Source: Clostridia bacterium (GTDB taxonomy: Bacteria > Bacillota > Clostridia > Christensenellales > CAMQZB01). From it: a stretch of 55,898 nt of DNA. Below the pieces are notes generated by a model, which had not been told where the DNA came from, did no database searches, and saw only the letters and a program-made list of their open reading frames with translations. This document shows, in pieces, positions 1 through 9,645 of the stretch (positions within the stretch are counted from its first letter, which is position 1; every line of letters starts with the position of its first letter). Location of the stretch: assembly GCA_045579195.1 (NCBI GenBank), contig JAZNLR010000065.1:1-55898 (forward strand). The letters are read 5' to 3'. The translations under genes and the position numbers were made by a program.

Positions 1-303
1 CGCAAAGGTGAGCGCAGGAAGAACGGAAAAGACGATGAAGAGTTTTCCGCCGACGCACGGGACTTCATGTTTTTTTGCCTGAACGTGGAAGATGATGGCA
101 AGAGTCAAGGAAAAGACTGTAATTGCGGCATACGCAATGCCGCCAATGATGAGAACGATGATCGCAAGATAGATTCCAAGAGCAAATTGCAGGTTGTCCG
201 TCGGGGTCAAGAGGGTGTCAAGGAATGAAATGAGCAGAAAGGCGGTCACAAGCGCGTATAGGACGGCGATGACGATGCGGAATGCGCGAACAGGTTTTGT
301 CAT
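1..303 (-). CDS. small integral membrane protein, C-terminus cut by the window edge
   Basis: ATG at 303-301 (minus) has AAGGAG about 7 nt upstream. My translation MTKPVRAFRIVIAVLYALVTAFLLISFLDTLLTPTDNLQFALGIYLAIIVLIIGGIAYAAITVFSLTLAIIFHV... stays open to position 1 and has about 3 hydrophobic spans. It is absent from the ORF track because there is no stop in the window. Confidence 0.5.
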   Translation of the reverse strand, partial: MTKPVRAFRIVIAVLYALVTAFLLISFLDTLLTPTDNLQFALGIYLAIIVLIIGGIAYAAITVFSLTLAIIFHVQAKKHEVPCVGGKLFIVFSVLPALTFA

Positions 304-364
304 AGCGATGCTCCTTGTTAAATGATATGAAAGAGGATGCCCCGATTTTTCGGAGATAAACCTC

Positions 365-1195
365 TCAGCCTTTGAGGCGGCGTACGAAATAGCGTCCGAT
401 CTTTTCGAGGTACACAAGGGTGTCGAAGACGAGCTCTTTGGGAACGTTGTTCAGCGTGCAGACCTCAAAGACGAAATCTCCTTGGTATTCGACCTCGCGG
501 AGGGCTTCGATGATGGGCTCCCACTGAATCTTTCCCTGGAAGGGAATCTCATGGAGGTCATTTTGACGGTCGTTGTCGTGAACGTGCAGGGCGAAGAGTC
601 TGCCTTTTCCAAGCTCGCGGATCATTGCCGCGGCACCTCTTGCAACGTTTCGCATCTCTGCGTGGCCGATGTCAACACATCCGCCGAAGAAGGAGCTTGC
701 CATGCGGTCGACGTTTGCGGCAAAATCTCCTTCGCCCGAGCAGGAAGCGGTGAAGGCGATCTTGTTTACGGGGTCCCATTCCCACATGTTTTCAGTCGCG
801 ATGCGAACGTTCTTTTCGATCGCAAGTGGGAGAAGATGATCAAAGAGTTTGGTCGCGTTTTCCTCGGGAGTAAAGGCGTTGTCGGGGTGGATGACGAGGA
901 CTCGACAGCCCAAGACACTTGCAATCTCAATGGCGCGCTTTAATGTGGAAAGCTCCATTTTCATGCTGGGGAAGGGGGCGTGCGCTTGAACGCATGGAAG
1001 GTTGTAAGCATCCGCCGTGCGACGAAGCTCAGTTGCGTAAGCAAGCCAGTCATCGCCGTTTAAGGGATTGCCTTCGTTGGGCAGATCAAACATTGAGAAA
1101 TCATAGGCGTCAAACCCTGCCTTTGCGATCATTTCGATTGCCTCTTTTTCTCCAAATCGCCACTTTAATTGGTCCGTGTTAGTTGCCAAAAGCAT
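365..1195 (-). CDS. sugar phosphate isomerase/epimerase (xylose-isomerase-like TIM barrel, AP endonuclease 2 fold)
   Basis: 276-aa ORF with fold-typical motifs (QAHAPF, VLVIHP, IATENM, VDIGHAEM, ALHVHDND). AAGGAG RBS lies upstream of the ATG at 1195. Confidence 0.8.
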   Translation of the reverse strand: MLLATNTDQLKWRFGEKEAIEMIAKAGFDAYDFSMFDLPNEGNPLNGDDWLAYATELRRTADAYNLPCVQAHAPFPSMKMELSTLKRAIEIASVLGCRVLVIHPDNAFTPEENATKLFDHLLPLAIEKNVRIATENMWEWDPVNKIAFTASCSGEGDFAANVDRMASSFFGGCVDIGHAEMRNVARGAAAMIRELGKGRLFALHVHDNDRQNDLHEIPFQGKIQWEPIIEALREVEYQGDFVFEVCTLNNVPKELVFDTLVYLEKIGRYFVRRLKG

Positions 1196-1356
1196 GGTTA
1201 TTTTTCTCCTTTTGAATTTATTTTCATTCTAACGTATTTCGCGTGTGTTGTCAATGGAAAGTGTATTTTTTGCACTAAGAAAGTGGCATTTGTTCACTGT
1301 TTTTGAGAGGAAATATGGTAAAATAAAGAGGGTGGGAGACCACCGAAAACAGCAAG

Positions 1357-1386
1357 AAAAAAGCGGCGGTCGGGTCGCTTTTTTTC
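1357..1386 (+). terminator. terminator-like hairpin flanked by an A-run and a T-run in the leader of the holin-like pair
   Basis: aaaaaaGCGGCggtcggGTCGCtttttt: a 6-bp stem (one G-U) with a 6-nt loop. The A-run is 5' and the T-run 3', and it lies 60 nt upstream of the ATG at 1447. Confidence 0.45.
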
Positions 1387-1446
1387 GCGCGCTTTTTAGA
1401 AAAATCGGAGGGGAAACATGAAACAGGAGAAAAGGAGGGTGTGCGT

Positions 1447-1731
1447 ATGAGCGAAATTTCCATCGTGATTGCAGCGCTTGCTGGCGTTGTGAGTGTGGTG
1501 GCGTTTTTCATTGCGCGCGCCAAGGAAAAATTCCGTGACGGAAACGAGCACGGGGAACTCTTTTCGGACGTGAAGTACGTCAAGCGAAGGGTGGATGACG
1601 TCCTTTTGGAAAGTAAGGACACGAACAAGCGCCTTGATGCGCTCACAGAGCGGCTTGCGAAGGTGGAGGAGAGCGCAAAGTCTGCGCACAGGCGCATTGA
1701 TGAATGGATTTTAAGGGGGAAAGAAGGATGA
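1447..1731 (+). CDS. small membrane-anchored coiled-coil protein (BhlA/XhlA-like holin-associated architecture)
   Basis: ATG 1447 has AAAGGAGGG about 7 nt upstream; the ORF track begins 2 codons earlier at GTG 1441. One N-terminal TM helix (ISIVIAALAGVVSVVAFFIA) is followed by a charged coiled coil. The stop overlaps the next start (ATGA at 1728-1731). Confidence 0.5.
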   Translation: MSEISIVIAALAGVVSVVAFFIARAKEKFRDGNEHGELFSDVKYVKRRVDDVLLESKDTNKRLDALTERLAKVEESAKSAHRRIDEWILRGKEG

Positions 1732-2105
1732 AGGAAATTTGGATGGAGCTTTTGTGCACCGTCATCACAGGGGTGCTTGTTCCGCTTTGCGTGACGGCGC
1801 TCGGGGCACTCGTTCGCTTTTTGAAGAGCAAGACCGAGAGCGAAAAGACGAAAACTGCGCTCTCGTCTGCAAGCGAAGTTGTCAAGGAAACCGTGCTGGA
1901 AGTTGCGCAAGTTTTCGTGGATGACTTGAAAAAAGAGGGTGTGTTTGACGAAAGTGCGAAAAAAGAGGCAATGAGCCTTGCAAAAGAAAAGGCAAGAGTG
2001 CGCATTCTTCCGGAAGTTCAGACGCTGATCACCGCGCTGTATGGGGACTTTGAAAGCTGGCTTTTGATGAAGATCGAGGCGAGCGTCGCAAAAGAGAAAG
2101 CGTAA
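1728..2105 (+). CDS. LL-H-type holin family-like protein
   Basis: ATG 1728 is preceded by GAAAGAAGGA. An N-terminal TM helix (LLCTVITGVLVPLCVTALGALV) is followed by a K/E-rich helical tail, about 125 aa in total. This architecture and length are typical of LL-H holins. The assignment is by eye only. Confidence 0.5.
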   Translation: MKEIWMELLCTVITGVLVPLCVTALGALVRFLKSKTESEKTKTALSSASEVVKETVLEVAQVFVDDLKKEGVFDESAKKEAMSLAKEKARVRILPEVQTLITALYGDFESWLLMKIEASVAKEKA

Positions 2106-2115
2106 AAAGAGAAGC

Positions 2116-2143
2116 CGTCCGTCCGTTGTTTTATGGGCGGACG
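2116..2143 (+). terminator. hairpin after the holin-like gene (weak T-run)
   Basis: CGTCCGTCC (2116-2124) pairs with GGGCGGACG (2135-2143): 9 bp including one G-U. The downstream T-run is poor (gcagattttg). Confidence 0.4.
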
Positions 2144-2225
2144 TGCAGATTTTGTCGAAAGAGAGAAAATGCGTGCAAGAAAGATGAAAATCTTGTGAAA
2201 TTCCACAGCCTTGCTGTCTTACAAC

Positions 2226-2255
2226 TTGACACACTGTGAAGAAAAAAGATATGAT
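2226..2255 (+). promoter_or_regulatory. sigma-A-type promoter for the ABC transporter gene
   Basis: TTGACA (2226-2231), 18-nt spacer, TATGAT (2250-2255). Confidence 0.55.
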
Positions 2256-2288
2256 AAGATGGAACATTGAGAATGAGTGAGGCAGAAT

Positions 2289-5200
2289 ATGTTAGAGCTA
2301 AAAGGAATCACAAAACAGTATCAGGCGGGCGACCAGGTTGTTGATGCGTTGAAGGGGATTGACCTTTGCTTCCGAGAGAACGAGTTTGTTTCCATTCTCG
2401 GTCCTTCGGGATGCGGAAAAACCACTCTTTTGAACTTGATCGGTGGATTGGACCGCTATACGGACGGAGATCTCATCATCAACGGAAAGTCCACGAAGGA
2501 CTTCCGCGATGCGGATTGGGATGCATACCGCAATCACTCCATCGGCTTCGTCTTCCAGACGTATAACCTCATCCCACATCAGAGCGTCCTTGCGAACGTC
2601 GAGCTTGCGCTGACGCTGTCGGGTGTTTCCGCAGAGGAGAGAAAGCGCCGCGCAACCGAAGCGCTTGCTCGCGTCGGTCTTGCCGATCAAGTGAAGAAAC
2701 GCCCCAATCAGCTCTCGGGCGGACAGATGCAGCGTGTTGCCATTGCAAGAGCGCTTGTCAACAACCCGGACATCATCCTTGCAGACGAGCCCACGGGCGC
2801 GTTGGACAGCGAAACCAGCGTTCAGGTTATGGAGATTTTGAAAGAGGTTGCAAAAGACCGCCTGGTCATCATGGTCACGCACAACCCTGAGCTTGCCGAG
2901 AAGTACTCCACGCGCATCGTGCGCATGCTGGACGGCCTTGTCACATCGGATGATGCACCTCTTGGCAAGGATGAGTACGCAAAAGAGCAGGCGGCGGATG
3001 AAGCCAAGCAAAAGGCTGACCGCGCAAAGAAGAAAAAACGCAAGGAGAAACGGCCGTCAATGTCCTTCTTCACGGCATTTGGCCTTTCCTTGAAAAACTT
3101 GTTCACAAAGAAGGGAAGAACGATGCTCACCTCGTTTGCAGGCAGCATCGGTATCATCGGAATCGCTTTGATTTACGCGGTTTCACAGGGTATGACGTCG
3201 TACATCGACTTCGTGCAGGAAGAAACCCTGTCCTCTTACCCTTTGGTGTTGGAATCTGAGCACACCGACCTTGCATCTTTGATGCAATCCTTCATGGAGG
3301 CGGCAGTTGGGGACAGTGAACATAGCGGAGAGGATGCGGTTTACGAAAAGACCGCGCTCTATGACCTCGTGAACGCCCTCAACAACCGTGAGGTCAAACA
3401 AAACGACCTCTCTGCGTTTAAGACCCACATCGATGCGGAGAAGCTGAAAGAGGATTCGCTTTTGGGAAAGGCTCTGTCAGGCGTGCATTATTCTTATGAC
3501 CTCAATCTGCTGACGTACACAAAGAGTGTGGACGGAACAATCATCCTTTCGGACACGCAGGCGTTGATTGCAGACCTACTTGCAAAGAACTTCGGTGCGA
3601 TGTTAAGCTCAATGGGCGCGATGAGCGTTGCATCTTCGATGCCTACGCCGATGATGACGCTCTGGCAAGAGATGTTACCCGGCCTTGACGGTGCGTGTGT
3701 CAATCCGCTCATCGAGAAGCAATATGAGATGCTGACCGAAGACGGAAGATGGCCGAATGCATATAACGAGATCGTTCTTGTTGTGGACGAAAACAACGAG
3801 ATTGACGATATGACCCTCTATGCCCTTGGCTTAAAGAGCAGGGAGGAGATGGAAGGGATCATCAATTCTGTCTTCAACGGGAAACAGCCCGAGAAGGCAG
3901 AGAACAGCTGGTCGTTTGAAGAGCTTGTCGGTATGGAATTCAAGGTTATCCCCAACGCCGCACGCTTTCAGAAGAACGAGCAGACCGGTCTTTATGAAGA
4001 CCGCAGCACGACACAGGCCGGCCTTGACATCCTTTATCGCAACGAGGGGATCAATTTGAAAATCACGGGAATCGTGCGCCCGAATGAGGATTCGATTTCT
4101 CACGTTTTGAGCGGAACGATCGCGTATACTTATAAACTCACCGAAAAGGTTGTCGAAAAGTCAAAGGAAGCAAACGCGCTCATTGCGCAGCTTGACAATC
4201 CGAACAGCGACATCTTCACGGGGCTTCCGTTCAAGGAGGCGAGCGCGAATTATACTGACGCACAAAAAGCGGCGCTCTTCACAGAGTTTTTGGAGTACAC
4301 CGACGACGCAGAGAAAGCAGAGCTGTTCATTCGCATCTCTTGCATTCCGAGCGAGCAGATCCTGTCGATGGCGATCCAGCAGGCAAATATGCAGTATCCC
4401 ACGAGAGAGGCGCGTGAAGGTGTTCTCGCGGCAGGTCTTGCAAGCAGCACGGGTATGAGCGAGAGCGACATCCGTGGATACTTGACGGAAATGACCGATG
4501 AGGAGATCGAGGAGCTGTTCCTGGCATCCGTCGTTGATCTTGCAACTAAAAATTACGCAACCGCAACGAGAAAACAGATCGAATCGACCACCACTGAAGA
4601 ACAGCGCGTTGCCGCGCTTCTTGCCGCAGCGCCCAATTACACCGAAGAACAGCGTGCAAGGTTCTATGACGAGGCGATGGAGTTCTCCGAGTCGAGTTAT
4701 AACGCGAACTTGCGCCGCTTAGGGTACGTCGATCTGGACGTTCCTTCCGCCATCAACCTTTACGCCGCGACTTTTGAGAGTAAGGACATCATTGAGGAGG
4801 CGATCGCGGAGTACAACAAGGGCGTGGAAGAGGAGCAGCGCATTGCGTACACCGATTACGTGGGCATTATGATGTCATCCATCACGACCATCATTGACGT
4901 CATCACGTACGTTCTCATTGCGTTTGTCGCAATCTCTCTCGTTGTTTCTTCCATCATGATCGGCGTCATCACGCTCATCTCGGTTCAGGAGAGGACGAAA
5001 GAGATCGGAATCCTGCGCGCGATCGGTGCTTCCAAGAAGAACGTTTCTTCCGTCTTCAATGCGGAGACCGTCATCATTGGATTTACGTCAGGAGCGCTCG
5101 GCGTTTTGATTACGTACTTACTCTGCATTCCCATCAACCTCATCTTGCATGCGCTCACGGGCATCATGAATCTGAATGCAGTGTTGCCCCTTCCCGTCGC

Positions 5201-5306
5201 GCTCATCCTCATTGGCATCAGCATGATTTTAACGCTGTTTGCCGGTATCATTCCGTCCCGTTCGGCGGCAAAGAAAGACCCCGTCGTTGCGCTTCGCACG
5301 GAATAA
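2289..5306 (+). CDS. fused ABC transporter ATP-binding protein/permease, MacB/FtsX type, with a very large extracytoplasmic domain
   Basis: N-terminus carries Walker [10 protein letters not shown], signature [15 protein letters not shown] and Walker [10 protein letters not shown] Lys-rich linker is followed by TM1, about 550 aa of non-hydrophobic sequence, and a C-terminal FtsX-type 3-TM bundle ([12 protein letters not shown] motif). Start chosen at ATG 2289 ([11 protein letters not shown]); the ORF track begins at GTG 2277. Confidence 0.9.
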   Translation: MLELKGITKQYQAGDQVVDALKGIDLCFRENEFVSILGPSGCGKTTLLNLIGGLDRYTDGDLIINGKSTKDFRDADWDAYRNHSIGFVFQTYNLIPHQSVLANVELALTLSGVSAEERKRRATEALARVGLADQVKKRPNQLSGGQMQRVAIARALVNNPDIILADEPTGALDSETSVQVMEILKEVAKDRLVIMVTHNPELAEKYSTRIVRMLDGLVTSDDAPLGKDEYAKEQAADEAKQKADRAKKKKRKEKRPSMSFFTAFGLSLKNLFTKKGRTMLTSFAGSIGIIGIALIYAVSQGMTSYIDFVQEETLSSYPLVLESEHTDLASLMQSFMEAAVGDSEHSGEDAVYEKTALYDLVNALNNREVKQNDLSAFKTHIDAEKLKEDSLLGKALSGVHYSYDLNLLTYTKSVDGTIILSDTQALIADLLAKNFGAMLSSMGAMSVASSMPTPMMTLWQEMLPGLDGACVNPLIEKQYEMLTEDGRWPNAYNEIVLVVDENNEIDDMTLYALGLKSREEMEGIINSVFNGKQPEKAENSWSFEELVGMEFKVIPNAARFQKNEQTGLYEDRSTTQAGLDILYRNEGINLKITGIVRPNEDSISHVLSGTIAYTYKLTEKVVEKSKEANALIAQLDNPNSDIFTGLPFKEASANYTDAQKAALFTEFLEYTDDAEKAELFIRISCIPSEQILSMAIQQANMQYPTREAREGVLAAGLASSTGMSESDIRGYLTEMTDEEIEELFLASVVDLATKNYATATRKQIESTTTEEQRVAALLAAAPNYTEEQRARFYDEAMEFSESSYNANLRRLGYVDLDVPSAINLYAATFESKDIIEEAIAEYNKGVEEEQRIAYTDYVGIMMSSITTIIDVITYVLIAFVAISLVVSSIMIGVITLISVQERTKEIGILRAIGASKKNVSSVFNAETVIIGFTSGALGVLITYLLCIPINLILHALTGIMNLNAVLPLPVALILIGISMILTLFAGIIPSRSAAKKDPVVALRTE

Positions 5307-5325
5307 GAAAAATCAACCGAAAGCT

Positions 5326-5363
5326 GCCCGCTTTGCAAGTTTGCAAAGTGGGCTTTTCTTTTG
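5326..5363 (+). terminator. intrinsic terminator of the ABC gene
   Basis: 12-bp stem GCCCGCTTTGCA/TGCAAAGTGGGC with a 4-nt loop, followed by ttttcttttg. Confidence 0.85.
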
Positions 5364-5379
5364 TTTCGGCAGGCATTCC

Positions 5380-5408
5380 TTGACTTTTGCGCTATTATAA
5401 GGTATAAT
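5380..5408 (+). promoter_or_regulatory. sigma-A promoter of metK
   Basis: TTGACT (5380-5385), 17-nt spacer, TATAAT (5403-5408). Confidence 0.75.
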
Positions 5409-5489
5409 AAATTGATTAAAATGGGAAAGTGGTGTAGTTTGCCAACTTTTCGAGAAAATGAAGATTAAGTACAAGGAGTATTTTGGAAT

Positions 5490-6662
5490 ATGGCAACGAA
5501 GTTTTTTACGTCTGAAAGCGTGACGGAAGGGCATCCCGATAAGATCTGTGATCAGATTTCGGATGCGGTTTTGGATGAGATCCTCGCAAACGACAAGAGT
5601 GCGCGCGTTGCGTGTGAAACCTGCGTCACGACCGGTCTTGTTCTCGTGATGGGAGAGATCACGACGGATTGCTACGTGGACATTCAGTCCATCGTTCGAA
5701 AGACCATTTCGGACATTGGATATACCCGTGCGAAGTACGGCTTCGATGCAAACACTTGCGGTGTGATCGTCTCTTTGAAAGAGCAATCTCCCGACATCGC
5801 GATGGGCGTTGATGCGTCCGTCGAGAAGAAGTCGGGCGGTGACGTTGCCGACACGTTTGGCGCAGGCGATCAAGGAATGATGTTCGGCTATGCCTGCGAC
5901 GAGACGGAGGAATTGATGCCTCTGCCCATTTCGCTTGCGCACAAGCTGACGAGAAGACTTTCGAGCGCAAGAAAGAGCGGTGAGCTTGCATATCTCCGTC
6001 CGGATGGAAAGAGCCAGGTTACCGTGGAGTACCGCGATGGAATTCCTGCGCGCGTTGACACGGTCGTCATCTCCACGCAGCATGCGGCAGAAGTGGACAG
6101 TGAGACCATCCGCAAAGACGTCATTGAGCACGTCATTAAGACGGAGATTCCCGCAGAATTGCTTGATGAGAAGACCAAGTTTTTCGTCAACCCGACGGGC
6201 AGATTTGAGATCGGTGGCCCTCAGGGGGACAGCGGTTTGACGGGCAGAAAGATCATTGTCGACACATATGGCGGATATTGCCCGCACGGCGGCGGTGCGT
6301 TCTCGGGCAAGGACCCGACGAAGGTAGACCGCTCTGCGGCGTATATGGCGCGCTATATCGCAAAGAACGTCGTTGCGGCAGGCCTTGCGAAGAAGTGTGA
6401 AATCGAAATTGCGTACGCAATCGGTGTTGCACGGCCCGTTTCGGTTTACGTCGACACGCAGGGAACGGGCGTTCTCTCGGACGAGCGTCTCTCCGAGATC
6501 ATTGCGGAAAACTTTGACCTCCGCCCGTACGCAATCATCGAAAAGCTTGACCTTCTCCGCCCCATCTACCGCGAGACCGCGGCATACGGACACTTCGGAA
6601 ATCCCGCCTTCCCGTGGGAACAGACCGATATGGCAGAGACGCTCAAGAAGTACGCAAAATAA
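5490..6662 (+). CDS. metK: S-adenosylmethionine synthetase
   Basis: 390 aa: [29 protein letters not shown]..., [38 protein letters not shown]. Confidence 0.97.
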   Translation: MATKFFTSESVTEGHPDKICDQISDAVLDEILANDKSARVACETCVTTGLVLVMGEITTDCYVDIQSIVRKTISDIGYTRAKYGFDANTCGVIVSLKEQSPDIAMGVDASVEKKSGGDVADTFGAGDQGMMFGYACDETEELMPLPISLAHKLTRRLSSARKSGELAYLRPDGKSQVTVEYRDGIPARVDTVVISTQHAAEVDSETIRKDVIEHVIKTEIPAELLDEKTKFFVNPTGRFEIGGPQGDSGLTGRKIIVDTYGGYCPHGGGAFSGKDPTKVDRSAAYMARYIAKNVVAAGLAKKCEIEIAYAIGVARPVSVYVDTQGTGVLSDERLSEIIAENFDLRPYAIIEKLDLLRPIYRETAAYGHFGNPAFPWEQTDMAETLKKYAK

Positions 6663-6699
6663 GGAAAACAAGTTTGTCTGAAAGGGGAGTTTTCGCAAA

Positions 6700-8904
6700 A
6701 TGCTGTTAAAGGGCACTGTTGAAAACATCATCTTCCGCAACGAGGACAACTGTTACACCGTCTTGGAAATGGAGTGTAACGGCTTGGTGACGCTCACGGG
6801 CACGTTCCCCGTGATCAATCAGGGGGATTCCATCGAAGTGGAAGGGGAATTCAAAATGGGAAAGTATGGCGAACAGTTCGTCGTCTCTTCCGTGCGCATT
6901 CTCACGCCCGATACCCCCGAAAGTATTGAGAAATTTTTGGCAAGCGGTCTCTTTAAGGGCATTGGAGAGGTCACTGCCTATATGCTGGTCAAGCAGTTTG
7001 GGAAAGACACGCTTGACGTCATTGAAAATCATCCCGATCGCCTGACTCTTGTTCGAGGCATCGGCGCGCGCAAGGCGGCGGAGATCGCAGAGACATACCG
7101 CGAGGTGCGCGAGCTTCAGGAAACGGTGATGTTCCTTCAGGAACGCGGTGTGACGGTTGGCCTTGCACTCCGAATCTACAAAACTTACCGCGAAAAGACC
7201 GTTGACGTCTTGAAAAAGAATCCATACCGCTTGGTGGATGACGTGGACGGCGTTGGCTTCCGCACGGCAGACGTGCTTGCGGAAAAGCTCGGGTTCGACA
7301 CAAAGAGCGATTTCCGCCTGCGTGCAGGCATCGTGTACGTCTTACAAAGCGTTGCGTCGCAAGAGGGATCGACGTGTATGCCGTTTGCTGAGCTCGTCAC
7401 ACGGAGCGCAAACGTCTTGAGAACCCCTGTGGAAGAGTTTGAAAGCAATGCGGAGCGCATCCTTTCGGACTTGAAACTGGAAGGGCACGTTCGCGAGATC
7501 GAGAAAAACGGCGTGCGGATCTTTGCGCAGTCTTCCGTGTGGCACACAGAGCGCTCCCTTGCCCAGCGCCTTTCCGCGCTCTCGGAGAACACGACTGAGC
7601 TCTTTGCGGACATCGATTGGCACGTGACAGAATATGAACGGGTCAACGGAATCGAACTTCACGAAAAACAGAAAGAGGCGATTTCCTCGTGCTGTAAAGC
7701 AGGTGTTTCCGTGATCACGGGCGGCCCCGGAACGGGAAAGACCACCATCATCCGTTGCATCTTGAGCGTCTTCCGCGCAATGGGCTTAAAGACCGCGTTG
7801 CTTGCGCCCACGGGGCGTGCCGCAAAACGCCTTGCCGAAACGACGGGAGAGGAAGCAAGCACCATCCACAGAATGCTTGACCTCGACTTCAAGAACGGTA
7901 AGGGCAATTTTACTTATAACGAAAACAACAAACTGCCTCACTCTGCGATCATCGTGGATGAGGTGAGTATGACGGATATTTACGTGATGAACGCACTCCT
8001 TCGCGCAGTTAAGGACGGCGCGCGCCTCATTTTGGTTGGGGATCGCGACCAGCTTCCCTCCGTGGGCGCGGGGAACGTTCTTTCGGACACCATTGCATCC
8101 GGGATGGTTAACACCGTCTGCTTGACGGAGGTATACCGCCAGGGTAAAGAGAGTTTGATCATCACAAATGCACACCGCATCAACAGCGGAGAGATGCCCT
8201 TGTTGACCAATCGGGACACCGATTTCTTCTTTGATTCGCAATCTGACCAAAAAGAGATGCTCAAGCGCGTCTTGGAGATGGTGACCATCACCGTTCCGCG
8301 GTATGCCTCGGTGAGCTCGTCGGATATTCAGGTTCTTGCGCCGATGAAAAAGGGATTGTGTGGCGTGGAAAACCTCAATCGCTGTCTTCAAGAGGTCTTG
8401 AACGGACGCGAGCCCGGCAAGGGGGAGTTCCTCTACGAGGGGATGATCTTCCGTGAAGGAGATCGTGTGATGCACACAACCAACGATTATCAGCTGGAGT
8501 GGACACGCGTTCGCGGCGCACGCCAGGAGTTCGGTCAAGGCGTTTTCAACGGGGACATCGGTCGCATTGAGCTTATCAATCGCGCGGAGGGCGAGCTCGT
8601 CGTCGAGTTTGAGGACGGCCGCATCGTGCGGTATACCGAAGCGGAGCTTTCCGAGCTCACGCTGTCGTACGCAATCAGCGTGCACAAGAGCCAAGGGTGC
8701 GAATTTGATGTCGTCATCATTCCTGTCACGGGAGGGCATCCCGGGCTGTTCACTCGAAATCTTCTTTACACCGCAGTTACCCGCGCAAAGAAGATGGTGG
8801 TTTTGGTGGGTGAAAAGTATAACGTCAAGCGTATGGTCGACAACAATTACGTCGAGAAGAGATATACCCTTCTTCGCGAGTTTCTCACGGGAGAGATCCT
8901 ATGA
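6700..8904 (+). CDS. recD2: ATP-dependent RecD-like DNA helicase (SF1B, RecD2)
   Basis: 734 aa with an N-terminal OB/HhH region, Walker A GGPGTGKTT, VDEVSM, GDRDQLPSVGAGNVL and a C-terminal SH3 insertion plus YAISVHKSQG. Confidence 0.92.
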   Translation: MLLKGTVENIIFRNEDNCYTVLEMECNGLVTLTGTFPVINQGDSIEVEGEFKMGKYGEQFVVSSVRILTPDTPESIEKFLASGLFKGIGEVTAYMLVKQFGKDTLDVIENHPDRLTLVRGIGARKAAEIAETYREVRELQETVMFLQERGVTVGLALRIYKTYREKTVDVLKKNPYRLVDDVDGVGFRTADVLAEKLGFDTKSDFRLRAGIVYVLQSVASQEGSTCMPFAELVTRSANVLRTPVEEFESNAERILSDLKLEGHVREIEKNGVRIFAQSSVWHTERSLAQRLSALSENTTELFADIDWHVTEYERVNGIELHEKQKEAISSCCKAGVSVITGGPGTGKTTIIRCILSVFRAMGLKTALLAPTGRAAKRLAETTGEEASTIHRMLDLDFKNGKGNFTYNENNKLPHSAIIVDEVSMTDIYVMNALLRAVKDGARLILVGDRDQLPSVGAGNVLSDTIASGMVNTVCLTEVYRQGKESLIITNAHRINSGEMPLLTNRDTDFFFDSQSDQKEMLKRVLEMVTITVPRYASVSSSDIQVLAPMKKGLCGVENLNRCLQEVLNGREPGKGEFLYEGMIFREGDRVMHTTNDYQLEWTRVRGARQEFGQGVFNGDIGRIELINRAEGELVVEFEDGRIVRYTEAELSELTLSYAISVHKSQGCEFDVVIIPVTGGHPGLFTRNLLYTAVTRAKKMVVLVGEKYNVKRMVDNNYVEKRYTLLREFLTGEIL

Positions 8905-9608
8905 GCGTGCTTGCAAAATTGAAAGAGCTCCTTTTCCCTGAAGGGTTTTCCTGTGCCGTTTGTGGGCGAGAGATCCGAGAGGGAAAGCACCTCTGTTACG
9001 ATTGCAAAATTACGTTGCCGTATAACGACAAACAACGCTGTGTTAAGTGCGGTCGGGCGATCGATTCCTTTTCGAAGCTCTGCCTTCTCTGCAAGGGGAA
9101 CGAGATCCTCTTTGACCGCGCGTACGCTCCGTTCCGCTATGAAGCGCCTGTTGACCTCCTTGTGCAACGGTTCAAGTATGGCGGGGAACGACATCTTGCG
9201 ACGGTTTTCGCGGAATATCTCGTCGGAGAGTTCTTGCAGGCGGGCATTGCGTGTGATATCATAACCTTTGTTCCCATGACTGCGCGTTCTCAAAAGGCGC
9301 GTGGATATAATCAGTCGGAAGAGCTCGCAAGAGAGCTTGCAAAGAGGCTGAGCCTTCCTTGTGAGGGAGTTCTTTGCAAGGTTCGTGAAACCGAGCGCCA
9401 GGCAACGTTGGGGTTTGACGCCCGTTCCGAAAACTTGCAGGGTGCGATCGTCTGCGAAGGAGAGGTCAAGGGGAAGCACGTGCTTCTCATCGACGACGTT
9501 TTGACAACGGGAGCGACCGCATCTGTGTGTGCGGCGGCATTGAAAAAGAAAAAGGCTGCAAAGGTGAGCGTTTTAACCGTCGCTTCCACCGTGCGGCGTG
9601 TACAATAA
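8901..9608 (+). CDS. comFC: ComF family protein (double zinc ribbon plus phosphoribosyltransferase domain)
   Basis: 235 aa with CAVCG...CYDC...CVKCG...CLLC at the N-terminus and the PRT motif VLLIDDVLTTGAT. ATGA overlap with the recD2 stop. Confidence 0.85.
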   Translation: MSVLAKLKELLFPEGFSCAVCGREIREGKHLCYDCKITLPYNDKQRCVKCGRAIDSFSKLCLLCKGNEILFDRAYAPFRYEAPVDLLVQRFKYGGERHLATVFAEYLVGEFLQAGIACDIITFVPMTARSQKARGYNQSEELARELAKRLSLPCEGVLCKVRETERQATLGFDARSENLQGAIVCEGEVKGKHVLLIDDVLTTGATASVCAAALKKKKAAKVSVLTVASTVRRVQ

Positions 9609-9645
9609 GATCTTCGGCAGTTTGCCGAAAAACAGGAGACTTGAA

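Noticed and set aside
1275-2267. 330-aa ORF on the minus strand covering the holin-like pair
   Set aside because: Low-complexity, Ser/Phe/Arg-rich translation with no RBS and no recognisable motif. It lies antisense to two RBS-supported, translationally coupled genes, so it is a typical shadow ORF.
5409-5489. SAM riboswitch (S-box or SMK box) upstream of metK
   Set aside because: The leader from the predicted TSS to the ATG is only about 75 nt. It has none of the S-box core sequences or a terminator, and the promoter sits immediately after the upstream terminator.
5313-6749. 478-aa minus-strand ORF
   Set aside because: It is exactly antisense to metK, whose identity is unambiguous. The translation is Arg-rich with no motifs.
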